Below, one piece after another: positions 46,107-57,975 of a stretch of 64,000 nt of DNA (its first letter is position 1; each line of letters starts with the position of its first letter). Position numbers and translations under genes: made by a program. This DNA is from Tetramitus jugosus (Eukaryota > Protista > Heterolobosea), in assembly GCA_937625935.1 (NCBI GenBank), contig OW569392.1, forward strand, positions 124,001 to 188,000. Direction: 5' to 3'. The notes beneath the pieces are model-generated. The model was not told where the DNA came from and made no database searches. It worked only from the letters and a program-made list of their open reading frames with translations.

Positions 46107-46526
46107 TGGGTCTTCACAAAGACCAGAGAGTAGACATGTGGTTCGACAACCAACGATGGAGCAACGGCGCATTACTGGTCAATAAGCGGAGGAAAACTAG
46201 CAAGGAATACATGCTTGGCATGTTGGGTATTGAAACAAGGGCGCTGAAACAAGTGATCAAAGGACTGACGAAGAGTGGAATAGAGAAGAAGAAGGCAAGG
46301 GAGAAGGCCCAACAATTTGTCGATCATACAAAGAGGAGATGTGTGGAGGTGATGCGACGCCTCTTCACGAGTTCAAAGGAAATTGCTGGTTGCTAATGCT
46401 CTACGAGCATTAGCAACTACTTGAATCAATAATGACGGCATACTGCCGTCACGAAACCGATACAGAGAATCAACAAAGAAGTAAAATGAGCAACCAATGG
46501 TTGTATTTAAAAAAAAAAAAAAAAAA
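46107..46526 (+). mobile_element. 5'-truncated non-LTR retroelement (putative ORF2 C-terminus, 3' UTR, poly(A)), family C
   Basis: Poly(A) 46509-46526; TSD (aa)ttttaacgcagaaaa at 46090-46106 and 46525-46541; open 96-aa tail; hairpins at 46389-46417 and 46433-46451. Confidence 0.85.
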
Positions 46527-46535
46527 TTTTAACGC

Positions 46536-47110
46536 AGAAAAAACGGAATCACATCTCTGGTGATTCAACAAAATTGGTGAAAGAGTACGGTAACAGCCGT
46601 TATGCAGTGTGGACCACTACACGGAAAGTCTCTGCACCAAGTGACAGAGAGGTCGTCATTACTGGCAACGGTAATGGTGTCTCTCAGTCATCTTTGGCAA
46701 GAAAGATAGGAGAGGAGTTCGGTAACTGGCTCCACCGAGTCCAAGTCATCAAGAGGAAATGCCAGCAACGCTTTGTTGCATGGGTGACGGTCAAGGGTGA
46801 CCGTATCTATCAGTTTGTTGAGTTCTTCAACAAAGAGAGGAGGACTGGCAACAGCACTGCTGCACCCAAGCGCAGTGTTGATTGCACAAGAAAGGTGGTC
46901 GTCCATGGTATGAAGAACATGTCAGTGGACGACATCAAGAAGCTACTGGGGCCTGAGAAGGTTGCCAGTGTGCTCAAGAAGCGTGACACTGCTTTCGTGG
47001 ACAAGTACCACATCATGTTAGACAATTGAGAGCAGGTAAACCTGCTCTCACACAAAAGACAAGTAAAAGTTCTGCAACGTGGTGCGTGAGCACCATTTGT
47101 TGTATTAAAA
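46536..47110 (+). mobile_element. Internally deleted family-B ORF1 element with an A-type 3' end
   Basis: Highly similar to the 5' part of ORF 725-1873 (start ATG mutated to ATC at 46553); switches at ~47000 to the A-type 3' module ending GTTGTATTAAAA. Confidence 0.85.
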
Positions 47111-47600
47111 GTCTTCTTTTTGGCTAGACACAAGAGACCCGATAGTTTTGGTTTTATTGTCAGGTGAGGAGTGGCACCTTGCATACTCTTTCAGTGATGC
47201 AGAGAGGTATTACACAAGTTGTTCCAAGGATCGATGGAGGGAAACGAATAAAGAGGCAACTCACGTTGTTAGGAAAAACAAAAAACAAAACACCAGGTCG
47301 ACATATGGTTAGACCTTTTAGTTGGAAAGGCCAAACAGAAAATGAGCAAAGAGTTCCTCCTAGGTATGATGGGTGTAGAGAAGGAAGCAGTGGATCAAAT
47401 AATGAGGGATGAGGAACACAACAATGAAGCCCTACCATTGTGAGAAGAAGTTAGTTCGAGCTAGGAGCAACAAACAAAGAGGGGAAGTTTTGCAGAAAGC
47501 ACAAAGAGTGGTCGACAGACTGAAGTTGATGAGACTAACTGCTAGGCAGGTTAACAGAGTGGTCAACATGTGTATCACATCGTCACCTACGCCTCGAAAT
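47111..47600 (+). mobile_element. Decayed retroelement ORF2 remnant
   Basis: QVDIWLD..LLV..MSKEFLLGMMGVEKEAVDQIMR is homologous to the 46106 ORF; EVLQKAQRVVDRLKLMRLTARQVNRVVNMCITS resembles an RT thumb region. Confidence 0.55.
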
Positions 47601-47933
47601 TTACTGATTGGACTAGTGTGGAAGGATAAGGTGATTGGTTGTGCTGGTACTCTTCACCATTGCACTCGTCTCAACAACATCGTTCCTCAACACGGCTGTT
47701 CAGAACATGACTTTGTTGCTTCTGGGTTACAACGATAATGACTCTCCGTGTCATCTGCTTCAAAAAAACAGGATGTTTCGGGTGACGGATTGACCGATTT
47801 TTAGATAAAAAAACGACCCGTCAAAGTATTTACAGATGTTGGGAATGGCTTGGTGGACTAAAAATGTCTCTGGTGAATTTCTCTGCCCAATTCTTGTTCG
47901 GCGGCTGCCATAGATAACACCAACAAAAAACAT

Positions 47934-48737
47934 ATGACTGAATATCAACCACAACAGGACAGTGAATCGAACCACAGCATCGCTGAAGTATCCAAACATG
48001 ATCGTCGTCATTCATTCGCTGATGTTGACCTAACCACGGACATGATTCGAGACGATGGTGATGACCAACCAAAGAATGGTCAGGACAATACGATGGATCT
48101 AGACACAATGTCCGATGAGTTGACCACTGTTGTTGTTCAGATGCCAGCGCACCAGCAAGGTGTGTGGCATGCTATATGCTCATTCGACAAGCATCAAAGG
48201 CTCAATTTTGTACTGAATTGTGGTCTAATCATTGGTTCGGTGCTTGCCTTCTTGACTCGTATCACGACAGCCCTCGTCTTATTCATCAAATACAGAAAAG
48301 GATTAGAAGGAGTGCTGCCAATGATGTGTTCGGTTTTCCCGCTATTTACTTGTATTTTAGGACTATTGGGATGTTGTGCCATGGTGAGAAACAGTGTAAG
48401 CTTGATGAGGATACACTCGTACGGTCTCGGTGTTACCAGTGTTTACATGACTGTTACAAGCGTTATTTTGAGCATTGTCACATTCATGTTGGGTAGCTAT
48501 TTCGATTTTGTGGTGAACCTTGGAGCCTTTATGACCTATAGCTGGGGCTTCTTTACTCTGTGCTTTATGTCTAGTTATGTAGTGCGGAACATGAACCGCA
48601 AGATGGAATCCAGCAAAGAAACTTTGAAAATGAAGAACAAGAAGCAAGCTCACCACATGAAAAGCTCGTGGGCTAGGGACCATGATGGCTCAGCAAGCAG
48701 AATAGAACTTCGAATCTCCCCAGAGAGTGATGAGTAA
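47934..48737 (+). CDS. Four-TM membrane protein
   Basis: Four hydrophobic segments in a 267-aa ORF. Confidence 0.7.
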   Translation: MTEYQPQQDSESNHSIAEVSKHDRRHSFADVDLTTDMIRDDGDDQPKNGQDNTMDLDTMSDELTTVVVQMPAHQQGVWHAICSFDKHQRLNFVLNCGLIIGSVLAFLTRITTALVLFIKYRKGLEGVLPMMCSVFPLFTCILGLLGCCAMVRNSVSLMRIHSYGLGVTSVYMTVTSVILSIVTFMLGSYFDFVVNLGAFMTYSWGFFTLCFMSSYVVRNMNRKMESSKETLKMKNKKQAHHMKSSWARDHDGSASRIELRISPESDE

Positions 48738-48774
48738 CTCAATAAATGATCCTTCTTATTCTTATTATAATTTA

Positions 48775-50568
48775 CTACTCTTCGCTGTGATTTTCTTGAA
48801 CATAAGTGGCTTCCTTCCCCTCAACGTGCTCTTCCGATGCTTGCTCTCCCTCTTCCTCTGCCTCTGCTTCCTCCTTCTTTTGTTGTTCTAGTTGTCTCTC
48901 GAATGCCTCTTGTGCAATATTGGCAATTCGTAACATTTGCTTAAACTCCTCATGAGCACCATTCGCACTGTAGATACCAATGACGCTCATGTTCACAGGA
49001 CGAGCAAATATTTTGGCAATCTTTCTTTTGCTCAGTGAGAAAATCACTGGAATTTTGTTATTAGTTGCAGATGAGATAATCTGTTCAACGATAGTGTTTA
49101 ATCCTCCAGGTGATACAATCTTCTCGATATTAGGGGCCATGATCACAGCAATCAACTTTTTAGAATTAATAGCTCTCTGTGTTTCTCTCAATCCAATCAC
49201 AAAACGTCTATTGGACTTGAATTTCTTTGGTTCATTCTTGTATAAACGAGATTGATATTCCTTGAGTTTGGTCAACATTTGTGTCACCACGCGATCAAGC
49301 TCTGGATCTAGAAATTGATTCACGTACTCTCTCACGACTGGTACATGACTAGGAACAGTTTGAATCTTGTGAAGTTGTGCTGGTAAAGCTTTAGCTGCAT
49401 AATGTTGATCATTGAGTGACTCTATTTTCTCTGAATCATCAGACATTGAGTTTTCATCTTCCTTCACACGTAATGTCTCATCAGAACCAAATTCTGCATT
49501 CTCTTGTTTCTCCAACAACCTTAATTCTTCTCCATTTTCCTTGCTTTGTTCATTCGCATCATTCTCAACCTCATCCGTATCATTTACTCTTTGATTTCTC
49601 TCCCGCAAAATAATTTTCTTGAGTTTGTTCGGTTTCTTATTTTCCTTGTCCTTTTTTTCATTGTCCGTCAGCGTATTTGCAGTACTACTACTACCCTTGA
49701 CTCCCGTTGCTGATTTTCTCTTTTTCTGTGAAGATGAATAATGATGATGATCATCGAGAGATGAAGAAGCAGCATTCGCATGATGACTCTTGCGTTTCTT
49801 TGGTTGTTCCTTGATCAAAACACTGCTCACACCTGTTCCAATCAGATCGGACAACCGAATAACACCCATCTTCTTCTTACTACTCTCATCAAACAGTGTC
49901 AATTTTTGATTATCACCTCGTTTTCCACTACCACTACTCGAAACAACAATTGTTCTCTGTGTTTTTGTTTGATTGTTGTTTGTTGTTGTTGTAACAGATG
50001 AAGGAGAGTGTGACAAGGATACTGACGGTGCATTGTTACTAGGATTCGCTGCTATTGACTTATCATTTCCAATTTTGTTATTATTTTCCGCTAATGTATT
50101 ACTCCGCGTCGCGGTTGTATTTTCGCGATTGTCTGATGCTTCGGTTTCCTTCTCTGGAGTAGTGACTTGTAACTGATTAGCTTGTAATAAAATATCGAGA
50201 TACGAGAGTGAATGCCGTTGTTGTTCAGTGTCATTGTTTGTGTTTGAAAAATCGTCGCCTTCGTGTTTGGATGAATTTTGTAATTTTTTCTTTCGTTTTC
50301 TCTTCTTCTTCTTCATCATGATGGGAGAAGCGGGTAGATTTTCACATTGTGTTGACGATGTCAATGACGACGACAATGGTGATGACTCATCATCTGGATT
50401 GTGATGATTGGTGGTGTTTATGTCATGTTGTTGTTGTTGTGAACTTTGAGTGATCGTGTTGTTGTTGTTGTTGCCGAATATGAAAGGTTTACTGTGGATA
50501 TTAAGTGTTGATGATGGTTTGGATTCTGGTGTTTGTTGTTGTTGTTGTTGTTGATCAGTTGTTGGCAT
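48775..50568 (-). CDS. SECISBP2: SECIS-binding protein 2 (L7Ae domain)
   Basis: KKPNKLKKIILRER, REYVNQ, RRFVIGLRE..IMAPNIE motifs. Confidence 0.85.
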   Translation of the reverse strand: MPTTDQQQQQQQTPESKPSSTLNIHSKPFIFGNNNNNTITQSSQQQQHDINTTNHHNPDDESSPLSSSLTSSTQCENLPASPIMMKKKKRKRKKKLQNSSKHEGDDFSNTNNDTEQQRHSLSYLDILLQANQLQVTTPEKETEASDNRENTTATRSNTLAENNNKIGNDKSIAANPSNNAPSVSLSHSPSSVTTTTNNNQTKTQRTIVVSSSGSGKRGDNQKLTLFDESSKKKMGVIRLSDLIGTGVSSVLIKEQPKKRKSHHANAASSSLDDHHHYSSSQKKRKSATGVKGSSSTANTLTDNEKKDKENKKPNKLKKIILRERNQRVNDTDEVENDANEQSKENGEELRLLEKQENAEFGSDETLRVKEDENSMSDDSEKIESLNDQHYAAKALPAQLHKIQTVPSHVPVVREYVNQFLDPELDRVVTQMLTKLKEYQSRLYKNEPKKFKSNRRFVIGLRETQRAINSKKLIAVIMAPNIEKIVSPGGLNTIVEQIISSATNNKIPVIFSLSKRKIAKIFARPVNMSVIGIYSANGAHEEFKQMLRIANIAQEAFERQLEQQKKEEAEAEEEGEQASEEHVEGKEATYVQENHSEE

Positions 50569-50719
50569 TGAAACTTTTTTGTTTTTGGAAAATTGAGCTG
50601 AACGGAGAAATAGTGTCAATGATTTTTGCTCTTGGGGAATTTGTCCTTGTTCGGCCCTTCAAGGAAAACAAACACAAAACACAAATTTTACTTCTGTTAG
50701 AGACACGAATCTTATCCAA

Positions 50720-51762
50720 ATGTCCACCACCAATAACAACAGTGAGAGTCATGTCTCATCATCACCACTGCATCTACATGTGCCTACCTCTTCTCCACCA
50801 AGACGTAAAATGTCAGCTTCCGCTCGCACATTGCTCCAATTGCCTGTATGTAGCAAAGTATTATTGCACATTGAATGATTCGTTTTTTATATATCCTTCT
50901 CCCGTGGATGATATTGTTTTTTTTTGTTGAAGACATGTCACTAACTATGACAACGTTGTGTTTTATCTGTATAGCAATTGACGAGAGCTGATGGTTTAGC
51001 AGAGTCAACAAACCTTAAAGTATCTCCCAGAGTTATGCTTCAACAGCATCAATTGCACAAGGTACAAGACTCACTCAAGGAACTACAGAAAACCACTCAT
51101 TGTATGTTCTCATTATTTTTCATTGTTAAATGGACTGCTTGTGTCGTCATCCAGAGTATAGAAACTGACGTTCGACTGTAGTTGGTGCACTGGAGTTGAG
51201 AGATCTCTTTTCAAAGTATATGGCCAGAGTCAGCGACAACAATGGCAAGATGAACAAGGATTTGTTTACTCAGTGCTGTCAAGAATTGCTTCAATTGGAT
51301 CAAGGTGATCCACTCATTGAACAATACTACAAGATATTCGACAGTGATGAAGATGGGTTCATTGACTTTAGAGAATTTGTGACCGGTGCCAGTATTCTGC
51401 TCAAGGGAACACCCAGTGAGAAAATTCACTTTGTCTTCTCCATTTATGACATGGACAAGAATGGAACCATTGAAAAATCAGAGATGCGACACTGTTTGCT
51501 CAGCATGTTTCACAAGGGAGTTCAAATGCTGCAAGATGTGAGCAAGGCACTGGGTTTACCAGCACAAGCAAACATGAGTAACCTGAGTCGCGAAGATATC
51601 ATCAAACAAGATTTGATTGACAAAATTGTGGACACTTGTTTCGCTCAGGCACATGGCAACGACGCCACAGATCAATCATCAATTACGGAGAAGGAATTTA
51701 CGGCATGGATATTGAGCAATGAGCACGTCATGAAGCTGTTGTCTCCTAGCATTCATGTGTGA
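50720..51762 (+). CDS. NCS/calcineurin-B-like EF-hand protein; introns 50846-50974 and 51102-51181
   Basis: DSDEDGFIDFREF and YDMDKNGTIEKSE EF-hands; both GTATGT..AG introns are frame-consistent. Confidence 0.85.
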
Positions 51763-52148
51763 GAAGCTTAACGGACAGTTTTTTTTCAAAGATCTTTGCC
51801 CCAATAGTTGGGTTGCGCAAAGAGTTGTAACAGTAGTGTCATACGTAGTGACAAAAAAGCTTTTTGGGCTCATTTTGATCACATTGAGCCAATATAAAAG
51901 AATATTGTATTTGTACGAAGAAACAACTTTGTGTAGCAGAGGAGCGATCAAACAGAGCGAGATCTTTCGATGTTGTGTCTTTTTCGCATGTGACGCGAAA
52001 TTGTTATTCTTGTGGGAAGATTCAACAATGAAATTGAAAGTTTCATTGAAGCGTCAGTCAACCAAAAGAAATTTTAAGCAACCAATACTAAAACAAAAAA
52101 ACAAAATCACTCAAAAACTTTCACACATACACGTCATAACACATTAGA

Positions 52149-53087
52149 ATGTCACAAGACAAACTTATCTTCAAGGGCTTTTTGAAGGGCCACGATGGTT
52201 GGGTTACAAGCATTGCTACCACCAAGGCAAGTCCAAACATGATCGTTTCTGGATCCCGAGACAAGAAGTTGATCGTTTGGGAATTGACTGGTGAACAAGG
52301 AACCTACGGTTTCGCCAAGAAGGCTTTGACTGGTCACTCTCACTTTGTTTCTGATGTCACCATCTCATCTGACGGTCAATTTGCTTTGTCTGGATCTTGG
52401 GATAAGACCTTGAGACTCTGGGAATTGAGCACTGGTGTTGCTACCAGACAATTCAACGATCACGAAAAGGATGTTTTGTCCGTTGCTTTCTCCCAAGATA
52501 ACAGACAAATCATCTCTGGATCCCGCGACCAAACTATTAAGTTGTGGAACACTTTGGGTGAGTGCAAGTACACCATCAAGGACAACGGTCACAACGGATG
52601 GGTCTCCTGCGTTAGATTCTCCCCAGGTGGTGACAAGCCATTGATTGTCTCCGCTGGTTATGACAAGATCATCAAGGTCTGGGAATTGTCCACCTGCAAG
52701 TTGTTGGCTAACTTGGTTGGTCACAAGGGTTACATCAGCACTGTTACTGTCTCCCCTGACGGTTCTTTGTGCGCATCCGGTGGCAAGGACGGAACAGCAA
52801 TGTTGTGGGACTTGAACCAAGGTGTTCACTTGTATGACTTGGACACCAATGACCAAATCAATGCTTTGGTCTTCTCTCCAAACAGATACTGGTTGTGCGC
52901 TGCCACCAACCAATCCATCAAGATCTGGGACTTGAAGTCCAAGAAGGTTGTTGCTGAATTGTTGCCAGAAGCACAGAACGGTAAGAAGCCACAATGTATC
53001 TCTTTGGCATGGTCTGCTGACGGAAGCACTCTCTTCTCCGGATACACCGATAACCACATCCGTGTCTGGGGTGTCTACAGCTCTTAA
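52149..53087 (+). CDS. RACK1: RACK1 (40S-associated WD40 protein)
   Basis: [39 protein letters not shown]. Confidence 0.97.
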   Translation: MSQDKLIFKGFLKGHDGWVTSIATTKASPNMIVSGSRDKKLIVWELTGEQGTYGFAKKALTGHSHFVSDVTISSDGQFALSGSWDKTLRLWELSTGVATRQFNDHEKDVLSVAFSQDNRQIISGSRDQTIKLWNTLGECKYTIKDNGHNGWVSCVRFSPGGDKPLIVSAGYDKIIKVWELSTCKLLANLVGHKGYISTVTVSPDGSLCASGGKDGTAMLWDLNQGVHLYDLDTNDQINALVFSPNRYWLCAATNQSIKIWDLKSKKVVAELLPEAQNGKKPQCISLAWSADGSTLFSGYTDNHIRVWGVYSS

Positions 53088-53153
53088 ATTTTTCTAATCA
53101 TAAGTAAAAGTGTGATGTTTCAATGCTATTCCCCTATTCATTTTCTCTACTGT

Positions 53154-54473
53154 TTATTTTTCAAATTTACTGGTACGCACGTTGTTTCCGCTATGATTGA
53201 CAAACTCCATTGCCATTGTTCTTTTGGTCAAAGTGACTCCAATGAAACCTGACTCGCCATACCCAAACACGAGCTTTGGATGGTCAACTGTTGGATCTGT
53301 CTTACTTCCAGCACCTGATACCACATACGAAGTTTTCTTTGGTTTTTGACCTTCTACCTGACTTGTATCCTCCAGCAGTTGCAGACTGTGGTCATGACCT
53401 GAGAAGTATACATCGGCTTCATGTAGATCAAACAATGGTGCAAATTGTTCAATCAATTCTACAGTATCGCCATGAGAAGAACCAGCACTGTAAACTGGGT
53501 GATGACCAATTACAAACTTCCAATGCACATCATTGTTGGAAGATTGACCTAGTTTGGTGTTCAACCATGACAACTGTTGCGTTTTGCTTGGTTTGTTCTC
53601 ATTCAAAAAGGTTTGATTGACTTGATCATTGGTATAGTAGCCCGATACAAATGGAGCAGTATCCGTGAAAATCATATGCATTCTAATGTCGTTCACTCCC
53701 TCGTACAATACATCATAGAAAGGACTTGGCATGTACCATCGATCCGAATACTTCGTATAGTCAATCTGAGATTGTGGACTCAACCGAATGTCATGATTAC
53801 CCAACACACTGTACCACTTGCACTGTTTCAGCTCCTTACTATCATAAATGTTCTCATAGGACAACTTCCACAGTGGATCATCTACAGACGTGACTCCATC
53901 CTTGTAAAAATTATCGCCTACATTCATCACAAAATCACACTTTCCCTTACTTTTGCACCACTGAGTCATCTGATGAGCTACACTCGCCTGATTGTATTGA
54001 CCCTGTCTACCCCAATCACCAAGCACAATAAAATGAACGGATTCATCATTACTCGAAGGCACTCTTCTCTTGTTGCGCAACGTAAACACAACAGCCACCA
54101 CAAATATAGTTACAATGAGAGCTAAAGTACCCAAAACGAGCAACAACAATATGAAAAACATGGATTTGTTGTGTCCGAGTGCAGTCGTAAGCTTTGCTTG
54201 AAACGCATTGGCTTGTTGCTCCTCTATATCCTCATCTCTGTTATGGTCGTTACTGTTGGGGTTGGTCTTGTCAACTTGGTACACGTGCTCTGTTGGACTA
54301 CTAATTTTGGTTCCATTGCCGTCCAGATTTTTGGATAATTTTCTTGTTGTGGACTGGTTCAGATTCTGGTCAAAGTCAGAGTCGTTGTTTATGGCGCAGA
54401 CATCTGATGCGAGCAAAGATTCAGTGAGAGTCGTATTCGTAGGAGTACTGGGACTGCTCTTTGTTCGTTTCAT
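53154..54473 (-). CDS. Membrane-anchored purple acid phosphatase (ACP5-type)
   Basis: GDWG, GDNFY, LGNHD, GHHP and GHDH motifs; TM helix. Confidence 0.92.
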   Translation of the reverse strand: MKRTKSSPSTPTNTTLTESLLASDVCAINNDSDFDQNLNQSTTRKLSKNLDGNGTKISSPTEHVYQVDKTNPNSNDHNRDEDIEEQQANAFQAKLTTALGHNKSMFFILLLLVLGTLALIVTIFVVAVVFTLRNKRRVPSSNDESVHFIVLGDWGRQGQYNQASVAHQMTQWCKSKGKCDFVMNVGDNFYKDGVTSVDDPLWKLSYENIYDSKELKQCKWYSVLGNHDIRLSPQSQIDYTKYSDRWYMPSPFYDVLYEGVNDIRMHMIFTDTAPFVSGYYTNDQVNQTFLNENKPSKTQQLSWLNTKLGQSSNNDVHWKFVIGHHPVYSAGSSHGDTVELIEQFAPLFDLHEADVYFSGHDHSLQLLEDTSQVEGQKPKKTSYVVSGAGSKTDPTVDHPKLVFGYGESGFIGVTLTKRTMAMEFVNHSGNNVRTSKFEK

Positions 54474-54880
54474 TGTGTGTTATTTGATTTGGTTTTTTTG
54501 GATGGTATTTGGGGGAACTCGGTTTCAGAATTCGAATTCTATGTTGTCAAAGATTAGGGATGTCGTAGTTTAATCGCATTCCGTTCTTGCATACGTATTT
54601 TTCCTTCGGCCGATAAGATAGCGACAAAGTTTTGGCGGGGCGCACGAATACAGAGGTGCTGTTGGAATCTCTTAAACTTACACGTCCTATGCGCGAAGCC
54701 GATAGTCGCGATAGATCATTGACTAGACTCTTCTAGAGCTACAAAGGTTCATAAGAATTGCAGTTCTTTGCCTCATGCAAGTTTGTCGGGTGTCAAATTT
54801 TCTCCTCTTTTTCGCGATCTGCATTCTCACAACAAAAACAACAATAACAAAAAATTGAAGGTTGCGTGTGTGAGAGAAAA

Positions 54881-57595
54881 ATGAGCAACAAGGAACAACA
54901 AGCTTTTGATCAATTTGTAAAGTCTCATTCCGTCCAATTGGAAGCAATTGGTCTTCCAAAGAGTCTATGGGCAGAATTGTTCATGAAATTGTCTCAAAAT
55001 TTATTTGATGCAGGATCAGCTTTCATGTACGGTATTGTTGGTGATCAAAAGAGAACTCCATACAGTGTGTTTTCATCACTAGAGCTAAAGAAGGAATCTC
55101 AAGTGTTTTTGGTTGATCATATTTGGACGAGTACTGCTGATCAAGTGTTTACCGTATGTCATGTTTTTGATATTTGATTTTTGCTTTTGTCATAAAATTT
55201 TTGACTTGATTTTTTGACTTTTTGTCGTGTTGTTTGTTGCTTTCATTAATTGTATAGCATTTGAGCTCTAATGAGAAATTGAGAGACATTTGTTATCAAT
55301 TGATGAATGTTGAGCCGTTGAGTGATATTGTGAGCTATGAATCTAAAGTGGATAGTGAGTCTGAAATGGTGGAAGATGGTGCATCAATGTCCTTGGACAG
55401 AACGTTTCCTAGTGGATACTGTAAGTAATGATAATCTTGTGTGTTTTAATTGATTGATTGTTGAGTGAAGTGTTGACTAAGAAATGAACGCAAATCAATA
55501 GTTTTGCAATTGCCTGATTTTAACTTGAACAAGTTTACTACGTTGCGCATGACTGATGATGAGAGACAATCGATTGTTGCAGTGAATCTGAGAAACAATA
55601 ATGTATGTAATTTTTGTCTTGTTCCGTCAGTATAATATTTGGAGTAGGTTTGATCAAATGCTGATCTAAACAATCTATGAATGATAGATTACGAGTTTGG
55701 ATGAAATTGTGAACATGATTGGCTCCGATATTTGCCAACAAGTCAAAGCACTGTACTTGCAAAATAATCCAGTGATTAAGAGCGTTTCAATGGACGATTT
55801 GATTCGTGTGTTTCCAAAGTTGGAGATTTATAATTCGAAATTGACAAAGAATTACACTGAATGGGCCATTATGTTTTTGGAAGACATTGACGGCGAGGAA
55901 GTCGTTCGATCTCTTGATTTATCTGACAGAGGATTGCAGATCTGGAAGCCTGAAGTATTGGAAAAGTTCTCGAGTTGTAATGTGATTAATGCGAGAAATA
56001 CCGAGTTCACAGGAGATTGTGAGGATTTGTTTGAAACGATTGCGAGAATGCCAAAGTTGGGTGAAATTTTAGTCGATTATGTAGCCCATCAGTTGATTCA
56101 CAGTCGATTAGAAAGTGCTGGAAATCGTCTTGACAAGTTGGTTAAGATTAACGGATGGAGATTTAGGACTGGTATGCCGACCATTGATGAGCTGAATGCT
56201 ACTTTGATTAACCAAAAGATATGGCAATATTTGAACTCGTACCACTTCACTTTTATGAATATTCCAAACTGGTACTTGATGGATCAGTTGGGTATCAGTA
56301 TCAATCATAGTGAAGATCCAAATGTGAAGGTTGCAACGATATACTACATTGATGGACAACAAGCGTTTAATGTCTTATGGCCAATCAAAGATATTGAGGC
56401 ATACGAAGCAGTCACAAGAGATTTTCTATTTGGTGTCAGTCCACAGGAGAAGAGAGAGGCATTGATGTCAATTTGGGATGGTGTTCCTCGATATATTCCA
56501 AACTTTGATGGTAAGCCAGAGGTCAAGGATGAAGTTCACGTAAATTTCGATCCATTCATATCTCAGAAGGAGGCTAAAAAGAGGTTTACCTATTACACTG
56601 ACTCTCAGATGGTTATTGACAGTTTAGCCCTTCAAAAGAAGAAAGATTCGACGCATTTCAAATTGATAGAATCGCAGGAAGATGCTGATATTTTATTCAT
56701 TGTGCATGAACATGTTCGTAACTATCAAGAAATTGCTCAAAGAAAGCAGTTCATCAATCAGTTTGAACAAGAGGAGAACTATACTATGAAGGGAAAGCTG
56801 TCACAATCAACCCGTCCATTCAAGTTTCCTTTCATTCCAGAAACATATGATCTTTCGGTCAATGCTGATCAGATTGAAGAGTTCGTTTTAACATGGCAAA
56901 AGCGAAAACAAAACAATGAGGATAACATTTGGATTGTTAAACCATGGAATTTAAGTCGATCTATGGATATGACTGTTTCCGATGATTATACTGCCTGCTT
57001 AAAGGCATCATTAACTGGACCAAAGATTTGTTCAAAGTACATTTCTAATCCATGCCTATTGAAGGGAAAAAAGTTTGATTTCCGTTTCTTGGTCATGATG
57101 AAGCCTATTAGTGGCACAGAGATTAGCGTGGCTGTTCATAACTCCTATTACATACGTATTGGAAACCACAAGTACTCGCTGGACAACTTCCAAGATTTCC
57201 AAAAGCACTTTACCGTGATGAACTATTACGAAGATCCAACCACTGGTGAGAAGCACCAAGTCGAACGTATCTCTCAAGCAGAATCATTGAAGTGGTTCGA
57301 GGAAGAACACGGACCTTGGGAGCCTGTCAAGAACAAAATCTTTGCAGCACTGCGGGATCTCTTTGTTGCTATGAGGAAATACATGCTAGTCAATGACGCT
57401 TCTGCCTATCAAAGATCAGTCTATGGTGTCGATGTGATACTGGAGGACGATTTATCGCCAAAGATTCTTGAAGTCAACTACTCTCCTGACGCTGGTCGAT
57501 TAGTCAAGTATGGTGAACATCCACGATTCTACATTGACGTATTCAAGTACCTCTTTGCCAACGAAACTCCAGCCAACATTACTCGCCTTGTTTGA
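54881..57595 (+). CDS. TTLL12: TTLL12-like tubulin-tyrosine-ligase family protein with an LRR insert (multi-exon)
   Basis: FDAG..VFLVDHIWT, WYLMDQLGISINHS.DPN, WIVKPWNLSRSMD, KFDFRF, YGVDV..LEVNYSPD. Confidence 0.8.
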
Positions 57596-57679
57596 GCATG
57601 GTGTTAACTCCTTCAAAATAAATTCTCCTACAATAATTATTCCCCTTTCATGAAACGTCGGAACCAGAATGGAAGAATA

Positions 57680-57975
57680 GGTTTAATACACCTGGATTTC
57701 ATGATGCTCATGTGCACTTGATCTTGGGAGAAGGGCTGTTTTGGGCGTGCCTCTGCGGTATGTCAAGAACAAGGAAGAGTTTGTGCAGAATGTTAGACAC
57801 CATATTCAGAGACACAAGTTAAAGAAGGGAGATTGGATTTTGGGTGTAGAGTGGAATGAAAACATAAATAAGTTCTTGTGTCAGTGGACTCGAGTACAAG
57901 AGATGACTGGTCGCTTCATTTCTCCTTACAGAAAATGGCACGTTATGTCATTGGCAACCGCCACGATGCTCTAAT
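57680..57975 (+). pseudogene. Amidohydrolase-3 (YtcJ-like) fragment
   Basis: PGFHDAHVHL, then a frameshift to ...KGDWILGVEWNE; truncated. Confidence 0.6.
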
